64,000 nt of DNA from Octopus bimaculoides (GCF_001194135.2 NC_068983.1:14807495-14871494), one strand, 5' to 3'. Positions 1 to 14,067 are shown, counted from the stretch's first letter. Notes: a model not told the origin generated them from the letters alone. Translations and numbers: made by a program.

Positions 1-142
<142 letters not shown>

Positions 143-1950
143 CATATTATACATATAGCTATATATACATATGTGTCTCTGTGTGTGTGCGTGCATGTTG
201 CACTGTAACTTAGTCTTGACTATCCCATCATGTATTTTAGGCATAAATAAGATGCCCCAATGCAACATATTCCAATTTGCGCAATCTATCTTGAATTATA
301 TGACATTTACGCTGAGACGAATTAAACACTTACCATTGAAAGTTATTTTACATCCACAAATCACGGAGGAAACCGTTACATGTTTGTTCGATTTACAAGA
401 GATAACATCCAAATCGTTCTCAGATTGTATCCTAGAAACCCAAACATCATTAAATAAAATTAGTCGCTATAAATGATTCCTAGAGAAGGAATTTTATGAT
501 GACGTGTGATTTTAAAATTGATAAATCAGTGTCGATAAAGTGCTAAGCAAGTATATCCTTATATTTAAACGAACCAAATATTAAGTCACATGTTCGCACA
601 ACCATTAAGAAAATGGATACAAAAACAATTTGTAGTTCTAGATACAATATCCTTTCAAATAATACAAAACTCTTACAGTTTGAATATCTTTCATCATAAA
701 AAGAGCTAATTTGGTAATAAACAACAGCAAGAAGTATGTTCAGAACGCATTAACTAAGGTTTTAATGACGTATCCAAGTAAATATCGTTAGCATTGTTTG
801 TGTACGACGTTTGTCACAAATATCTAAGATCGTGAATTTATTCATTGTTTGATCTGGACGAAAGGGTTGTGTCCATGTCTTGGAAAGGTACCAAATACCA
901 TGTACTTCGACGTAGTTAAGGTTTCTTTTAAACAGCTATTAATCGGCGGCTGTTAGAAATAAATACATGGGAAAGGAAGGACTTCTAGAGACCCCATCTT
1001 CCAAGGATGAAAGCTTGGTTGTAGAGGTTAATTCAAAGCCTGGGTGTGGACTCAGTAGGCATGAGGATAATTAGAGACACGTCTTAGATTCTCAGTAGAG
1101 TTGACATTCCATTAGCCATCCTTACGGAAAACAAACCATTTTAGTAACAGTAGCAAAGTCAAATATTGAATCTAGTCACTATGTATAAATATATACATTC
1201 ACATTATAATTAGTCTGTAGGTTAGAGTTTAGGGTTTGATGGAGCGAGCGACTTAAATGCGGGGACCTGTTATGATGATGTCCATGATGTCGTTGTATGT
1301 AGTATCAACCTCATCGCAGATGTAATAACATTGCTCAGTTGTATGCATCACCTGATTTATCTGTATAGTTAATAATTTCTAGGGTCTGAATTAAGCATTT
1401 AGTGACCAGTTTTTCTGGTGCAGTCCTTATTGATGGTTCTAGCTGTGCCTTGTTCGTGTTTATGGTAGGTACGATGTTATATTGTTCACATAGGGGGTTA
1501 TTAGTAACGCTGACATTGTGCTGTTAAATTAGACAAGACGAGCATAACAAAATTGGGTTGGGAGATATGTTATTTAAATGGGTGATATATCCTTGACAAA
1601 ATTAAGGAAAGAGTGTGTGACTCATTTACGAAGAAAATTGTTAATATTTATTGATTGATTTTCAGTATATGTTGATAGAGTACTGAACGTATAAGGCTTG
1701 GGTTAGAGTGTCCATAATATGTGTGTGCAAATTATGATAAATTATGATAGATTATCAGTAATACTACTAAGCATAGCATTAATCATACCACTGTACAGGA
1801 AACAAATTAGCGTTCATAAATCTAACAATACCCACTTATACCATTTATACACACAAATACACACATGCATATTGATAGATAGATAAATCGATAGATAGAC
1901 AGAAGATATACAGATAAATAAACAGACAGACAATAGACAGATTGATAAAG

Positions 1951-1983
<33 letters not shown>

Positions 1984-2264
1984 TGTATATATAAGAGAAA
2001 CGGAAATCTCCAACAACCATTTACATCAACCAACATCGAAATATTGTACGTTCTAAGTTAGTGTGTAAAATGCATATATAAAATCGTATAATGGTAAAGG
2101 AGATCTCCTTTAGTAGATGTTTTTAGAAATGCTATAAATGAATACAAATTCTGTAAAAAATAATTTGTTTCCATATTTCGTGGCCAAACTGAAAGCAAAA
2201 TAGGAAAATAGATTAAAGCGAAAATTCGGGAGTTCGATGTATTGGTTGAACAATTTCTATACAG

Positions 2265-2285
2265 CGTATGGATATGCAGTGTAAG
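2265..2285 (+). other. Candidate 21-nt exon (unconfirmed)
   Basis: tttctatacag|CGTATGGATATGCAGTGTAAG|gtgaga; strong donor, fair acceptor, length divisible by 3; no protein recognised. Confidence 0.2.
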
Positions 2286-2805
2286 GTGAGAATTAGTAGA
2301 CTTGGCGCCAATGTAAGCGACAATAAAAAAAGAATAAGTTATACCGTTGGCATAATGTATGAATTGCATTTAATTAATGGTAAAACAATTAAAATAACCA
2401 CAGAAACGACAAAGAATTATTAGGATGCACACGGGATTACAAAATAATTAGTTTGGCCGAGAGGTGATGATGAATCTATCATCAAAAAATTTAATGGAAT
2501 GTAAGATACTTATGCAGTGTTATATAGTCTACAACACAAGGGATTTATCTATAGAATGATGAGATTCATATGGCTGATCAGAGATGCATTTCCATAAAGA
2601 GATTAGAGAACGCCAGCAGATATAAAATCTGCACTGACTGAATTAATGCTACAGAAGCGAGATGAGTAGAAGTTGAACGATGATGTATAATTATCTCGTA
2701 TTTTCGGGTAAATTAAGCTGTTAGCGAAGCAAGAAATTGAATGATCAAGGTTGTGGTTATGGAAGAGAGTGAGGTGTTTAGAAAGAGAGAGAAATAGATT
2801 GAGAT

Positions 2806-2846
<41 letters not shown>

Positions 2847-3662
2847 NNNNNNNNNNNNNNNNNNNNNNNNNNNNNNNNNNNNNNNNNNNNNNNNNNNNNN
2901 NNNNNNNNNNNNNNNNNNNNNNNNNNNNNNNNNNNNNNNNNNNNNNNNNNNNNNNNNNNNNNNNNNNNNNNNNNNNNNNNNNNNNNNNNNNNNNNNNNNN
3001 NNNNNNNNNNNNNNNNNNNNNNNNNNNNNNNNNNNNNNNNNNNNNNNNNNNNNNNNNNNNNNNNNNNNNNNNNNNNNNNNNNNNNNNNNNNNNNNNNNNN
3101 NNNNNNNNNNNNNNNNNNNNNNNNNNNNNNNNNNNNNNNNNNNNNNNNNNNNNNNNNNNNNNNNNNNNNNNNNNNNNNNNNNNNNNNNNNNNNNNNNNNN
3201 NNNNNNNNNNNNNNNNNNNNNNNNNNNNNNNNNNNNNNNNNNNNNNNNNNNNNNNNNNNNNNNNNNNNNNNNNNNNNNNNNNNNNNNNNNNNNNNNNNNN
3301 NNNNNNNNNNNNNNNNNNNNNNNNNNNNNNNNNNNNNNNNNNNNNNNNNNNNNNNNNNNNNNNNNNNNNNNNNNNNNNNNNNNNNNNNNNNNNNNNNNNN
3401 NNNNNNNNNNNNNNNNNNNNNNNNNNNNNNNNNNNNNNNNNNNNNNNNNNNNNNNNNNNNNNNNNNNNNNNNNNNNNNNNNNNNNNNNNNNNNNNNNNNN
3501 NNNNNNNNNNNNNNNNNNNNNNNNNNNNNNNNNNNNNNNNNNNNNNNNNNNNNNNNNNNNNNNNNNNNNNNNNNNNNNNNNNNNNNNNNNNNNNNNNNNN
3601 NNNNNNNNNNNNNNNNNNNNNNNNNNNNNNNNNNNNNNNNNNNNNNNNNNNNNNNNNNNNNN

Positions 3663-3695
<33 letters not shown>

Positions 3696-4445
3696 ATATA
3701 TACATATATATCTGTCTGTCGCAATAAATTCTGTACCGAACAACACCGCCTAAACAGGAGATAGAGATGTAAATCGCATTAAGCTTCAAAACACAACTTT
3801 GATCATGAACTCTCTCTTGCGTCTTTTGTGTTCCGTTTCCTTTTCCTTTTTCTTCATTTTCTTTTTGCTTTTCCTTTTTACTTTTCTTTTTTTTTATTTT
3901 TCCAGTTCTTTTCTTATTCTGTTTCATTTTCTCTCTTGATTTATTACCGATATCAATCAGCCTCCTATTGTAAATCGTTCAAATAGGAAGTGACTCTTAT
4001 AATACAACATTAACAATCATCCTTGATTAGCAGACAGAAAATTTTAACGGGTGAATAGACGTTTAGTTCAAGATTTTAACAGAACCATTGTTAAAGTTAC
4101 TAACCTGAACAATCCTTTCATATGAAACGATCTTACGTTCGCTAGTTAATCGCAATCGCGTTGATATTGCTGTTGTTGCTACTACTGTTAGCGGTTATAT
4201 TTTTGTTGTTTTTCTTGTTATTATTTTTGTTGTTGTCCGTTATGCTGTTTACCCCACTATACTTTTGATTTTCTTTTTTTTTTTAATATCAGTAATGATT
4301 TGTATATTTGTTTTTGTTCTTGGTTCTGATTCTCAGTACAAACAATGAACGATTTTTATTTATTTTATTTTATTTCATATGATTTAATTTTATTTACTTT
4401 TCAAAGTGGAAATTACTTTCAATTTACATCGATACTGTAATCTTT

Positions 4446-4683
4446 TATTTCTTATTAGTTTACTGCCCACAAGGGGCTACACACAGAGGGTACAGACAAG
4501 GGCAGACAAACGGATTAAGTCGATTATATCGACTCCGAATCGTAACTGGTACTTATTTAATCGACCCCGAAAGTATGAAAGGCAAAGTCTACCTTGGCAG
4601 AATTTGAACTCAGAACGTAGCAGCAGACGAAATACCGTTAAGCATTTCGCCCGGCGTTCTAACGTTTCTGCCAGCTCGCGGCC
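4446..4683 (-). mobile_element. tRNA-derived SINE family A, monomer
   Basis: On the minus strand: A-box-like GGCGAGCTGGCAGAA, B-box GAGTTCAAATTC, central CCTTTCATACTTTCGGGGTCGAT core (Deu/Meta-SINE-like) and GTGGGCAGTAAA tail; homologous copies across the window. Confidence 0.9.
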
Positions 4684-4809
4684 TTTTATTTCTAATCTTT
4701 TATTTCTGGTTACTAAAATGTCCAGCTCCTGGTGTAATGTAGATATCAGAAGCTAAGTGGTGGACATCTTGTATTTGGGGGTAATAGTTTACGAGGCGAG
4801 AAGTCGCTA

Positions 4810-4948
4810 TTCATTTTTTCCCCTGGCGGGATTGGAGCAACGTAAAAATGAAATAACTTGCCCAAGGAAACAGTGCACTGTTTAGACCAAAAATTAAACC
4901 CAGTACCTGACAAGCCTGACACCAGCTGCTTAACCACTATGTCACCGC
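4810..4948 (-). mobile_element. Decayed SINE (family D-like)
   Basis: TGGAGCAACG...AAATAACTTGCCCAAGGAAAC and TAACCACT resemble the intact copy at 34565-34826. Confidence 0.5.
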
Positions 4949-6201
4949 TTTCACGCGCTCTTTGTTCATTGTTAAATAAAATGTGTTTTGCATAAATGTT
5001 TGACCCCAACACCCACTGCTGTATGCTCTTTTGGAAAAGTATCAGCAAATTCGGCGCTAACATACATAATATACTGATCCAAAATATTTTAATTAAACTA
5101 AACTACACACGTAGTAAGGAGAAAAAAAAGTCATGTCTGTTCTTAATTAATTTTAGTTTGAATCTAAATTAAGTTTCCTGACATATCTAGTACCCTTCAT
5201 CTTCGTCTACCTTCATCAACTGTAAATCTCCACCACAATTAAGGATCAAAAGCCCAAGAATTCAAGTGACTCGTCCGCAATTGACCTTCAACAGTATAGC
5301 ACTAATCACGTATCTGCCGTGAGTCACTCAGTTTGTGATGCTTACTATAAATTGCAATAACATTTAATACGACAATCGAGAAAGCCGATATGCTTTTCGA
5401 CATTGACTGGATTAGATAAGAAGATATTTTAAGGATAGTGGCATCTGTCAGAAAAATGAGCCCCAGTCCCACGAGGTGTAGGGTCTACTGCAGGGCGCTG
5501 CTGAGCACCCTAATGCTCTAGGATATGTGGCTCATCGCCGATCCCTGTTCATCTTCCGCTGCTTAATCCCACCACCGTTTTTCCATCTTTTCCATCTAGT
5601 CTCTGATACACGGAATGATCTATATATTATCAGGGAAAAGGCTAAAAGAGCGTAACAAGCTTCAACTTTTTCCTTGACCACAAAGACGAAACCCTCGTCT
5701 ATAAATGCAAGTTCATTTTCAGTAATTAATTCATTTTCAAATTATCTCCATGTTCCCTTGAGAATCATAACAATCGCCATTATCCTTGTGATTTCATCTC
5801 CAACAAAACGGATCAGTGTGCGCGCGTACGTTGGTACACACACACACACGTAGATGTGCATATGTGTGTGTGTGTGTGTACATACGTACACGTACACACA
5901 CGTACCTACACGCACATATGTACGCACACACACACACACATATACATGTATGCACTTATACATATGTGTGTGTATGTGTTGATGGATGTATATATGTATG
6001 TGTGTATATATAGATACCAGAGTAAGCTCATAAATGTGAAACCAGGTGGAAAAAATACTCCTCGAATACAGTGGTAGAGTAATATGCTTTATTAATAAAG
6101 CTGCAAAAACCACCAAGGAGTTTTTAAATATGTTTGTATGCATATATACGCTAGGGTGCATATATATACATAAAAGATAAGCTGTGTATATATATCTTCT
6201 A

Positions 6202-6273
<72 letters not shown>

Positions 6274-6550
6274 ATATCAAGGTAAGAAAAATATATTAGA
6301 AATATTCTTTTACTACAAGTGTCCTAGCGTGTAGAAAAATTAGTCAACAGACTATATATTATTCATAACCCCAATGGTGGATTGGATTTTGGCTATTCCT
6401 TCTAGCGTGCCAGGTATCCTATGATGGTTACCTCTTATGTGTTTGAATGTACACTGTATTTATATATATATGTATATATGTACACCATAACGTATATACG
6501 CGTACAGACATATTTAAAAACTCTCTGGGGTTATTGTATATAAATACACA

Positions 6551-7062
6551 CAGGGTATCCCCCCAAAATTTGATATAAGTTGAAATGTAAATGTCTGAGT
6601 AACTACATGTCCTAGGCAAACGAAATTAAACAGGCTTCATGTTGAACAATTCAAAATTTATTCATCTAGATTTTATGAGCGATTTCACAAAGCTTCACAA
6701 ATGTGCCCACCGCCTGTGACTCGACGCACACCAAGTCGGTCGCCGAGCTCCTGCCAGACTCGCTGTAGCATGTCTTGCATAAAGTTCTCCAGCACCTTAG
6801 GGATTCTCAGCTTGAATTCGTCTAGCTCTGTAGGAAGAAGTGGGATATAGAACAGTTCTTTCACGTGGCCCCATAGAAAAACATTCACAAGGTCTCAAGT
6901 CAGGTGGACGTGGTGGCCACTTCATGAGCACATTGGGATTATCACTGGCATACCCATTCCAAATTTTGGTGTTACACATTTCTTTAAAATTTGAGATTAT
7001 TTGAGTGAGAAATAGCAATGTTATAAGATACTAAAAGGATATCAATTTTTTGGAACACACTG
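6551..7062 (-). mobile_element. Internally deleted Tc1/mariner element with transposase C-terminal remnant
   Basis: Imperfect TIRs CAGGGTATCCCCCCAAAATTTGATAT / CAGTGTGTTCCAAAAAATTGATAT, TA at 7063-64; frameshifted WPPRPPDLRPC..WGHVKELFY..MLQRVWQEL..RVTGGGHI matches the WPPRSPDLTPCDFFLWG-type Tc1/Tc3-like C-terminus. Confidence 0.85.
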
Positions 7063-7163
7063 TACATACATACATACATACATACATACGTACATACATA
7101 CATAAATACACATACATACATATATGTATATATATGTGTGTGTATATATATATATATATAATC

Positions 7164-7200
<37 letters not shown>

Positions 7201-7223
7201 TGTATAATTATTCATACAGATAC

Positions 7224-7264
<41 letters not shown>

Positions 7265-7532
7265 TANNNNNNNNNNNNNNNNNNNNNNNNNNNNNNNNNN
7301 NNNNNNNNNNNNNNNNNNNNNNNNNNNNNNNNNNNNNNNNNNNNNNNNNNNNNNNNNNNNNNNNNNNNNNNNNNNNNNNNNNNNNNNNNNNNNNNNNNNN
7401 NNNNNNNNNNNNNNNNNNNNNNNNNNNNNNNNNNNNNNNNNNNNNNNNNNNNNNNNNNNNNNNNNNNNNNNNNNNNNNNNNNNNNNNNNNNTATATATTT
7501 ATATATATATATATATATAAATATATATATAT

Positions 7533-7567
<35 letters not shown>

Positions 7568-8264
7568 GACGCGCATTCACATAACCACACGCACATACAC
7601 ACTTATACACATGTCACACATACATATAGGATTGATTGAATCTATTAATTCTCCTTCAAATCGTATTTTTCGCTTTGTACACCACCTACAATGTAAATTA
7701 TTCATTATCATATTCTATTTCGTTTTGCATCAAATACATGGAACGAGAAAGAAATTAATGCACAGCTAATAATGTTGAGCTGACATTCATTAATAATTAG
7801 CCGAGTGAAAGCGTTAAATAATTCTGATCCAAATGTTGCGTAATATTTTGAAAGATTGGAATATTCTAATCAATTGTATCACGCACGGGTGTCACCGCTA
7901 AAATATCTGTTCAGAAGCTTTATAACTTAAATGTTAGACACGGAAAGCAGCGTATTGCTTACATTGTTGATATATTCAAATCAAGCAATGCAATACAGTA
8001 CATATTTCTGATCTGTGTATATTGTATATTCAATAACATTCTTTCATTATTAATGGCAGTAATTATCACAAAACATGTAACGAGTTGTTGTCATGAGAAT
8101 CATGAATATGTCCATCCTCTGCTATTATATCACTTGCAGTGTTCTTTGTATACCTGGTATCTTTTGTTCGATGGAAACCACATATTCAAATCAGTAAAAA
8201 CAATATCAGCTACATCTCACTCGAATTTGAACAAAAGAAAGAGCATTATACCTATAAAAATTAA

Positions 8265-8367
8265 GCGGTGAGCTGATAGAATCTTTAGCACGCCGGACAA
8301 AATGCTTGGCAAGCATTTCGTCCGTTTTCACGTTCTGAGTTCAAATTCCTCCGAGGTCAACTTTGCC
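8265..8367 (+). mobile_element. SINE family A, 5' fragment
   Basis: Head and B-box GAGTTCAAATTCC, truncated after CTTTGCC. Confidence 0.8.
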
Positions 8368-8374
8368 GTGGCGT

Positions 8375-8741
8375 AGCAGTGGCTGTGTGGTAAGTAGCTT
8401 GCTTACCAACCACATGGTTGCGGGTTCATTCCCACTGCGTGGCACCTTGGGCAAGTGTCTTCTGCTATAGCCTCGGGCCGACCAAAGCATTGTGAGTGGA
8501 TTTGGTAGACGGAAACTATATATGTATGTGTTTGTGTGTCTGTGTTTGTCCTCCCAACATCGCTTGACAATCGATGCTGGTGTGTTTACGTCCCCGTAAA
8601 TTAGCGGTTCGGCAAAACAGACCGATAGAATTAGTACTAGGCATCCCAAGAATAAGTCCGGGGGTCGATTTGCTCGACTAAAGGTGGTGCTCCACCATGG
8701 CCGCGGTGAAATGACTGAAACAAGTAAAAGAGTAAAAGAGT
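8375..8741 (+). mobile_element. tRNA-derived SINE family B, full length
   Basis: GTGGCTGTGTGGTAAG A-box, GGGTTCATTCCC B-box, CCTTGGGCAAGT CORE-like motif, internal TA/TG repeat, (TAAAAGAG)n tail. Confidence 0.9.
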
Positions 8742-8859
8742 GTGGGATAGTCACGGGTGGAACGGCTGCAATCAAAGTTCTCTTCAATGAGGGAAGAATA
8801 GGAGCTAAACTCCAACGACAGATATATACAATAAGGGAGACTTAATGTTATAGATGAAC

Positions 8860-9083
8860 TTACTCTTTTACTATTTTACTTGTTCCAGTCATTTGACTGC
8901 GGCCATGCTGGAGAACCACCTTTAGTCGAGCAAACCGACCCCGGGAAAAGAGACCTATAGAATAAGTACTAGGCTTACAAAGAATAAGTCCTGGTGTCGA
9001 TTTGCTCGATTAAAGGCGGTGCTCCAGCATGGCCGCAGTCAAATGATTGAAACAAGTAACAGAGTAAAAGTGTAAAAGAGTAA
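8860..9083. repeat. Two SINE-B 3' ends in inverted orientation (hairpin)
   Basis: 8860-8945 is an imperfect reverse complement of 8991-9083. Confidence 0.85.
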
Positions 9084-9951
9084 GAATATGTATACCACTC
9101 GCTAAATATCAGTAACTGAAATCCGGAGAGAAACATGGCAAGATGACTCAATTATATCAAATGCAGGATTGATTTCAGAGTGTTTCCTCTTAGACACTTC
9201 CAGACATTGCATTCCTAAAAGTTAGTAGGAATTTAAAAGGAGCATACTTGATATTTGCACACAATTCATTGGGTAGCCACTGACGCTCATGTTTTCTTCT
9301 GCCCTTTAAGGTGTCTCGTTTTTTATCCTGCAGGATGTGCAAAAAGTCAGCCACTTCACCAAACTGGCCAGGTGAAGTTGACAGTTTGGTTACCGACGAC
9401 CCGACACTGCAGTAGTTTGCACTGGATCGCATGTTATCTGCAGCACTTCATAATCAACTGGAATCACATATACACACACATACACACAAATAGACACTCA
9501 CACACACATATCTAAACAACTCACACACGTACATTATATATATGATATACGTGTGTGTGTATTCCAAATGTATTTTGCTGTCTCCAATAAACGAAAAGAA
9601 ACAAGGATATGAGTCTTATTATTAATATAAATCTTTATCGATTCGCTTCAACATCGATTATGTGCCGTTTATTATATTTTATCAAGCCTTCTATCACCTC
9701 CATTGCTAATGTAAACCCCATTTCCTTGAACTGTACTCCTATATATTGATATCACTGACCATTTGACTATGTCGCCATGCAATATAACTGGCGATTTTAT
9801 CAAATACAAAAGAACTGATAAATTCAGCTCTTTTTATGGCATATAAATATTCAATGTGGATTATCAATATATTATTACATCAATACATTACCAACAATTT
9901 TCCTAGAAGATATAGGATCATTTGGATTCCGAGCTCGACATGATTTACACA

Positions 9952-9986
<35 letters not shown>

Positions 9987-10133
9987 CATGTGTGCGTGTG
10001 TGTGCCTGTGTATTGGCATGTGTATTTGCGCGTGTGCCTGTGTGTATGTATGTATATATATATATATATATATATATGCAGTTTTATACAAATATATAGA
10101 TAAACATAAATTTATATATATATAATATATAAA

Positions 10134-10164
<31 letters not shown>

Positions 10165-11042
10165 TGACAGCATCAGCCTTTTCATAAGAACTCCAATTAT
10201 AATGATATCTGTATTGATCGAAAACTATGATGACACGTATATTTTTGCTTTCTTTCTGATGGAGTATGTGACATCAGAGTTGTAAATTATGGTATAACTA
10301 AAGAATCCGAATGTCATAATACAAAGGAATATCAATCTACTTGAATGAAAACAGCTCGTCAGAACTGCATGTCGTTGAAAAAGAAGAAATGGATAAATTA
10401 TAGAAAAGCTGTATCTAAAACATCAATAGCACAATGCTTGTTACAAATGATAATGATGGAAAATCTGAATTTGATTTTCCTTGTTATTAAATCATATCGA
10501 CAAATGAATGCAAGAAAAGAAATGGTCTGAAAAAGATGCTACTTAGTCAAAAGACTCATTTTCCTAAAGAGAAAATAAAACTAAACAAAACAACAAAATT
10601 TATTGAAGGGGTGCAATTTTGCAGGAGAATAAAATATAATAAACAATTCGCCCGATGTCTTTCTTACAAAAACAAATGAAAAATCTTGTAATGGAGGTAT
10701 CAGTACCGAAAGGTAATAATAAAACAATGTTCAAGCATGAATATTTGTGTGGACTAATTAGAATAATTATGCAAAAAGCAATTTCGTTGCATTTTTTCGT
10801 AACTGATTAGTTAGGGTCTCAAGTTTGAAGAGAATGATATAGTCGTTTATATAATCCCTCACTACTGAAACTGGTATTTTGGTTTAGCGACTCCGGGTGG
10901 TTGAGAGACAAGTTGACCTCGTGAGAATTAGAATGTAAATAAACAGTTCTTACGATTCTTCACATCTACTGATTTTCTGAAGCCATCGCTAGGTCAGTAT
11001 GTTTCACTCGATTAGGTCAGCGAGGTCTATATTAACATTTGC

Positions 11043-11412
11043 TTACGCAAGCCTTCCACTCTCAATACAGTCACATTGAGCGGGATTCAGCTATCATGCT
11101 TGCTTTCTTCAGTCGTCTGTGTCCCAGATGAATCATATGTAGGTAATAGGGCACTGATCTAGCTGGAAATCGGCGGCAACTAACTTCAACAGAGAATGCA
11201 GCCGCCTGCCATGTCTTGACACGTGCCTCGTCGACTAAGTCCTCATTTTTATTTTTCTTTAGCTGGTGAGAAATGTCATGTCGGCCCTCCGAGGCTAGTG
11301 TAAGTTCTACGACGATGAGTATCTTTGTACTCCTGGAGAGCAGGAACACGGTTGGTCAGAGTGATATTGCCGCTACATCCTCTGGGAACACGAGTCTACT
11401 CTCCAGGCCGTC
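11043..11412 (-). mobile_element. Non-LTR retrotransposon 3' fragment, restriction-like endonuclease (HERO/NeSL-like)
   Basis: LESRLVFPEDVAAISL*PTVFLLSRSTKILIVVELT..RH..KKNK.EDLV.EARVK.WQA...VEVSCRRF..AESRSM*LY; decayed form of the T.LRPD..ELTVPWE..KY..VEVGCRGF..SRWLW pattern. Confidence 0.8.
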
Positions 11413-11999
11413 TTAAAAATAAAACCCTAGGGCCGGCGGCTGGCAGAGCTAAATTTAAAGAATATGGCTAAAGAATATGTGATATTCGAACAGCAAAAAG
11501 CAAAAATTAGAACACCAGATTTTAGAATGAATCAAGCAGCATAATTTAAAAACCTCGTCAGTTTTATATCCTTTAGTCTCAACCAGTAACCAGTAGCCAA
11601 CGTGAAATAGTGCCAGCAGTTATGCTACAGAACAGAATCAGTATACCAGATGGAATGTGCTAAACGAGGAAATTTTATGCTACTGCTCTTAAAATGAGGG
11701 ATATAGATTGCTCTGAAATATTACTCTGTTGACTGCCGAAGTCTGTTTTATGGTATGGATTCAACTCCATATTGATCTGTCAGGCTTTTTTTGTCTGAAA
11801 TTTTAAAATCATTTTCTTTTCAACGTGATCTCATCTTCAGATGTGTGGTGTTAACATAATGCAATGGTGCATGTTTCATGAATTTACATCGCTATAAATA
11901 CTAATGTTTACTACTAGTCATTCTAAGTCCACTTTCACTTAAACTTGTTTCTGCATATCTTTAATCTGTCTAATTACATTTCCCTATTCTTGTTAATTT

Positions 12000-12285
12000 A
12001 GGCAAGTTTTACATTCAAATTGCCACTATAATGTTGCAGCGGGAGCGGTAGACCGAATCTGTTATTCTGTTTAACAGCAACGGCTAACCCTCGTGCGTCT
12101 TTAGTGGTCTCCGATTTCTTGCTAGCATTCCAGCCCTGTATCCCGGTAGAGACTTCCTTATTTCTTCTTTCCCAAGTCACGGGGGTCTGAGAAGAGATGT
12201 CATGGGTGCTGCTCCTTCCACTACGGATGACTAAGCAATTGCAAAGGCCATATAGCCGTAGTCTTCTAGTCCTATTACCCAAAAT
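12000..12285 (-). mobile_element. Possible decayed AP-endonuclease N-terminus of a LINE
   Basis: TW..IQGWN...ETTKDARGLAVAVKQN loosely resembles the QETW..GY..RG.A.L.K pattern; weak. Confidence 0.3.
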
Positions 12286-13109
12286 CGTATTAAGATAATA
12301 AACAATAATTATTTTAGGAAATCATTTAAACTACAGAATTTTACGACCACACTATCAGCAAATTAAAATTTCCATTTGACTTTGTACACATCGATACAAA
12401 AGAAATATGTTTTAAACTATTTCCCAGATGAATTTTAATAGACCAAGTGGATCTATTAATTGATAACAGTTTCGAGTTCTTCGATTCAGTAATCGAACTA
12501 TGGATGGACACATTCCTAGACATTCTTTATTTCCATTCAATATCGCTTTCTATTAGAAATAATCGTTTTATCTTCGTAAAACTGTAATCGCTATTTTTCT
12601 ATAAACCAAAATCTTATTTTCGTTATTAATGTATAGTGAAGAAAGCATCATTATCAGTAATTGCTTTCGAAAGAAAGAACAGGAAAAAAGAGAAGAAATC
12701 TTTTAACAGCAGCAAGTTATCTTGCTGTGAGAGCGTATGTAGAAATATCTGATTTGTTGAAACAAAAATAGAATAAAATAAAATGTAGAGTTAATTACTG
12801 TTTTACAGAAAGGCATATTTGAAATCCTATTTTGAATTACACACATTAACGCTTTCAATATGAAAACTCTTATTCTCTGCAATGCTATTCCCAGGTTGAT
12901 GTTATTCATAATTGTATAAAAATAACATATTATTGCAGACACGAAACACTCAGGTTTGCTTTTCTTATGATTGAAAGTGAAAAACAAAAACGCTGTCAGT
13001 GGAATGATTAGAGATGGATAGACAAGTGCATTACAACAAAGAACGCTCGATAGCAAGATACTGATAAATAAATAAATAAATAAATACATACATACATACA
13101 TACATATGG

Positions 13110-13154
<45 letters not shown>

Positions 13155-13592
13155 CATGGGGAAATGGAAAGAGATTAGAAGAATTAAAGATGAGATATGG
13201 ATTGATATTGAAACTACGCGCTGCATCATTTGGAAGATCCAAAAGGTTTCCTGCGCAGAATGAATTAAAGCATAAAACTATCTAAATGAAGTTTTGGTGG
13301 TAGTATTAAGAAAATGAATATTTAATGGTAGTATTAAGAAAACATGGAGAAGATGCTTTAGTGACTCATACGTTTTTGTGAGAATACAATATCTTAAAAT
13401 GTTTCGGTCGAAGAGGTGAGAATGGGAGTGTATAACGCTGCAAGATAGAGCAATGGAAACTTTCTCAACCACTCCTTAGTTCGTTTTGTTTTTGTTTCTT
13501 ATAAAGAATTTACATTGTATAATAAAATTATGTGATTCGAATGTCTTTAATCATAACATCTGGTAGCATGATCTGAGTCTCAACAAGAGTAA

Positions 13593-13593
<1 letters not shown>

Positions 13594-13639
<46 letters not shown>

Positions 13640-13668
13640 GCAGCAACGACAACGACATCAACAAAAGC
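13594..13668. repeat. (CAA)n microsatellite
   Basis: Direct reading. Confidence 0.95.
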
Positions 13669-13711
13669 TTCTGATGTTGTCATTGTCATAGTTATTGCCA
13701 TTGAAGAGTTA

Positions 13712-13939
13712 TTTGGTTGTCTGGAAAGTTCGTGCCGATTTTTAAAAGAAAGAAAAATGTCAATAAATACTTGCCATTACATTTTTAATCATCTAAATAT
13801 GAACCATTTTGTTGCACAATGCATCCCCATCTTTCCTTTAACTTGAAAATACCCTCTTCCCAGAATTGAGGTAGTTTCATGGCAAATAAGTCGAAAGGTA
13901 AGCTACTATAAATCAACACGAACTTTCTGGACAACCCAA
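13712..13939. mobile_element. Mariner-type MITE (~228 bp)
   Basis: ~30-bp TIRs TTTGGTTGTCTGGAAAGTTCGTGCCGATTT / TTGGGTTGTCCAGAAAGTTCGTGTTGATTT; TA on both flanks. Confidence 0.88.
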
Positions 13940-14067
13940 TATTTTATGGATATTCAAATAATCGTCATGCTAGCACTGGTGGACAGAAGTATAAGTGATA
14001 CTATGTTATGTGCACAAGCGGTGTGTTGCTGCTTCCGCAGTATGGAAAGCAAACAACACTTCTGTCC

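Noticed and set aside
200-1600. Possible decayed retroelement coding sequence
   Set aside because: Some protein-like stretches on the minus strand, but no diagnostic motif.
5440-5760. Possible RTE-type 3' end on the minus strand
   Set aside because: GC-richer and suggestive, but motifs are too eroded to support a call.
9331-9368. Plus-strand exon candidate (cctgcag|...cag|gtgaag)
   Set aside because: Moderate donor, no recognisable peptide, and the surrounding GC-richer sequence may be a repeat relic.
10170-10720. Coding-like purine-rich stretch
   Set aside because: Stops in all frames and no family motif.
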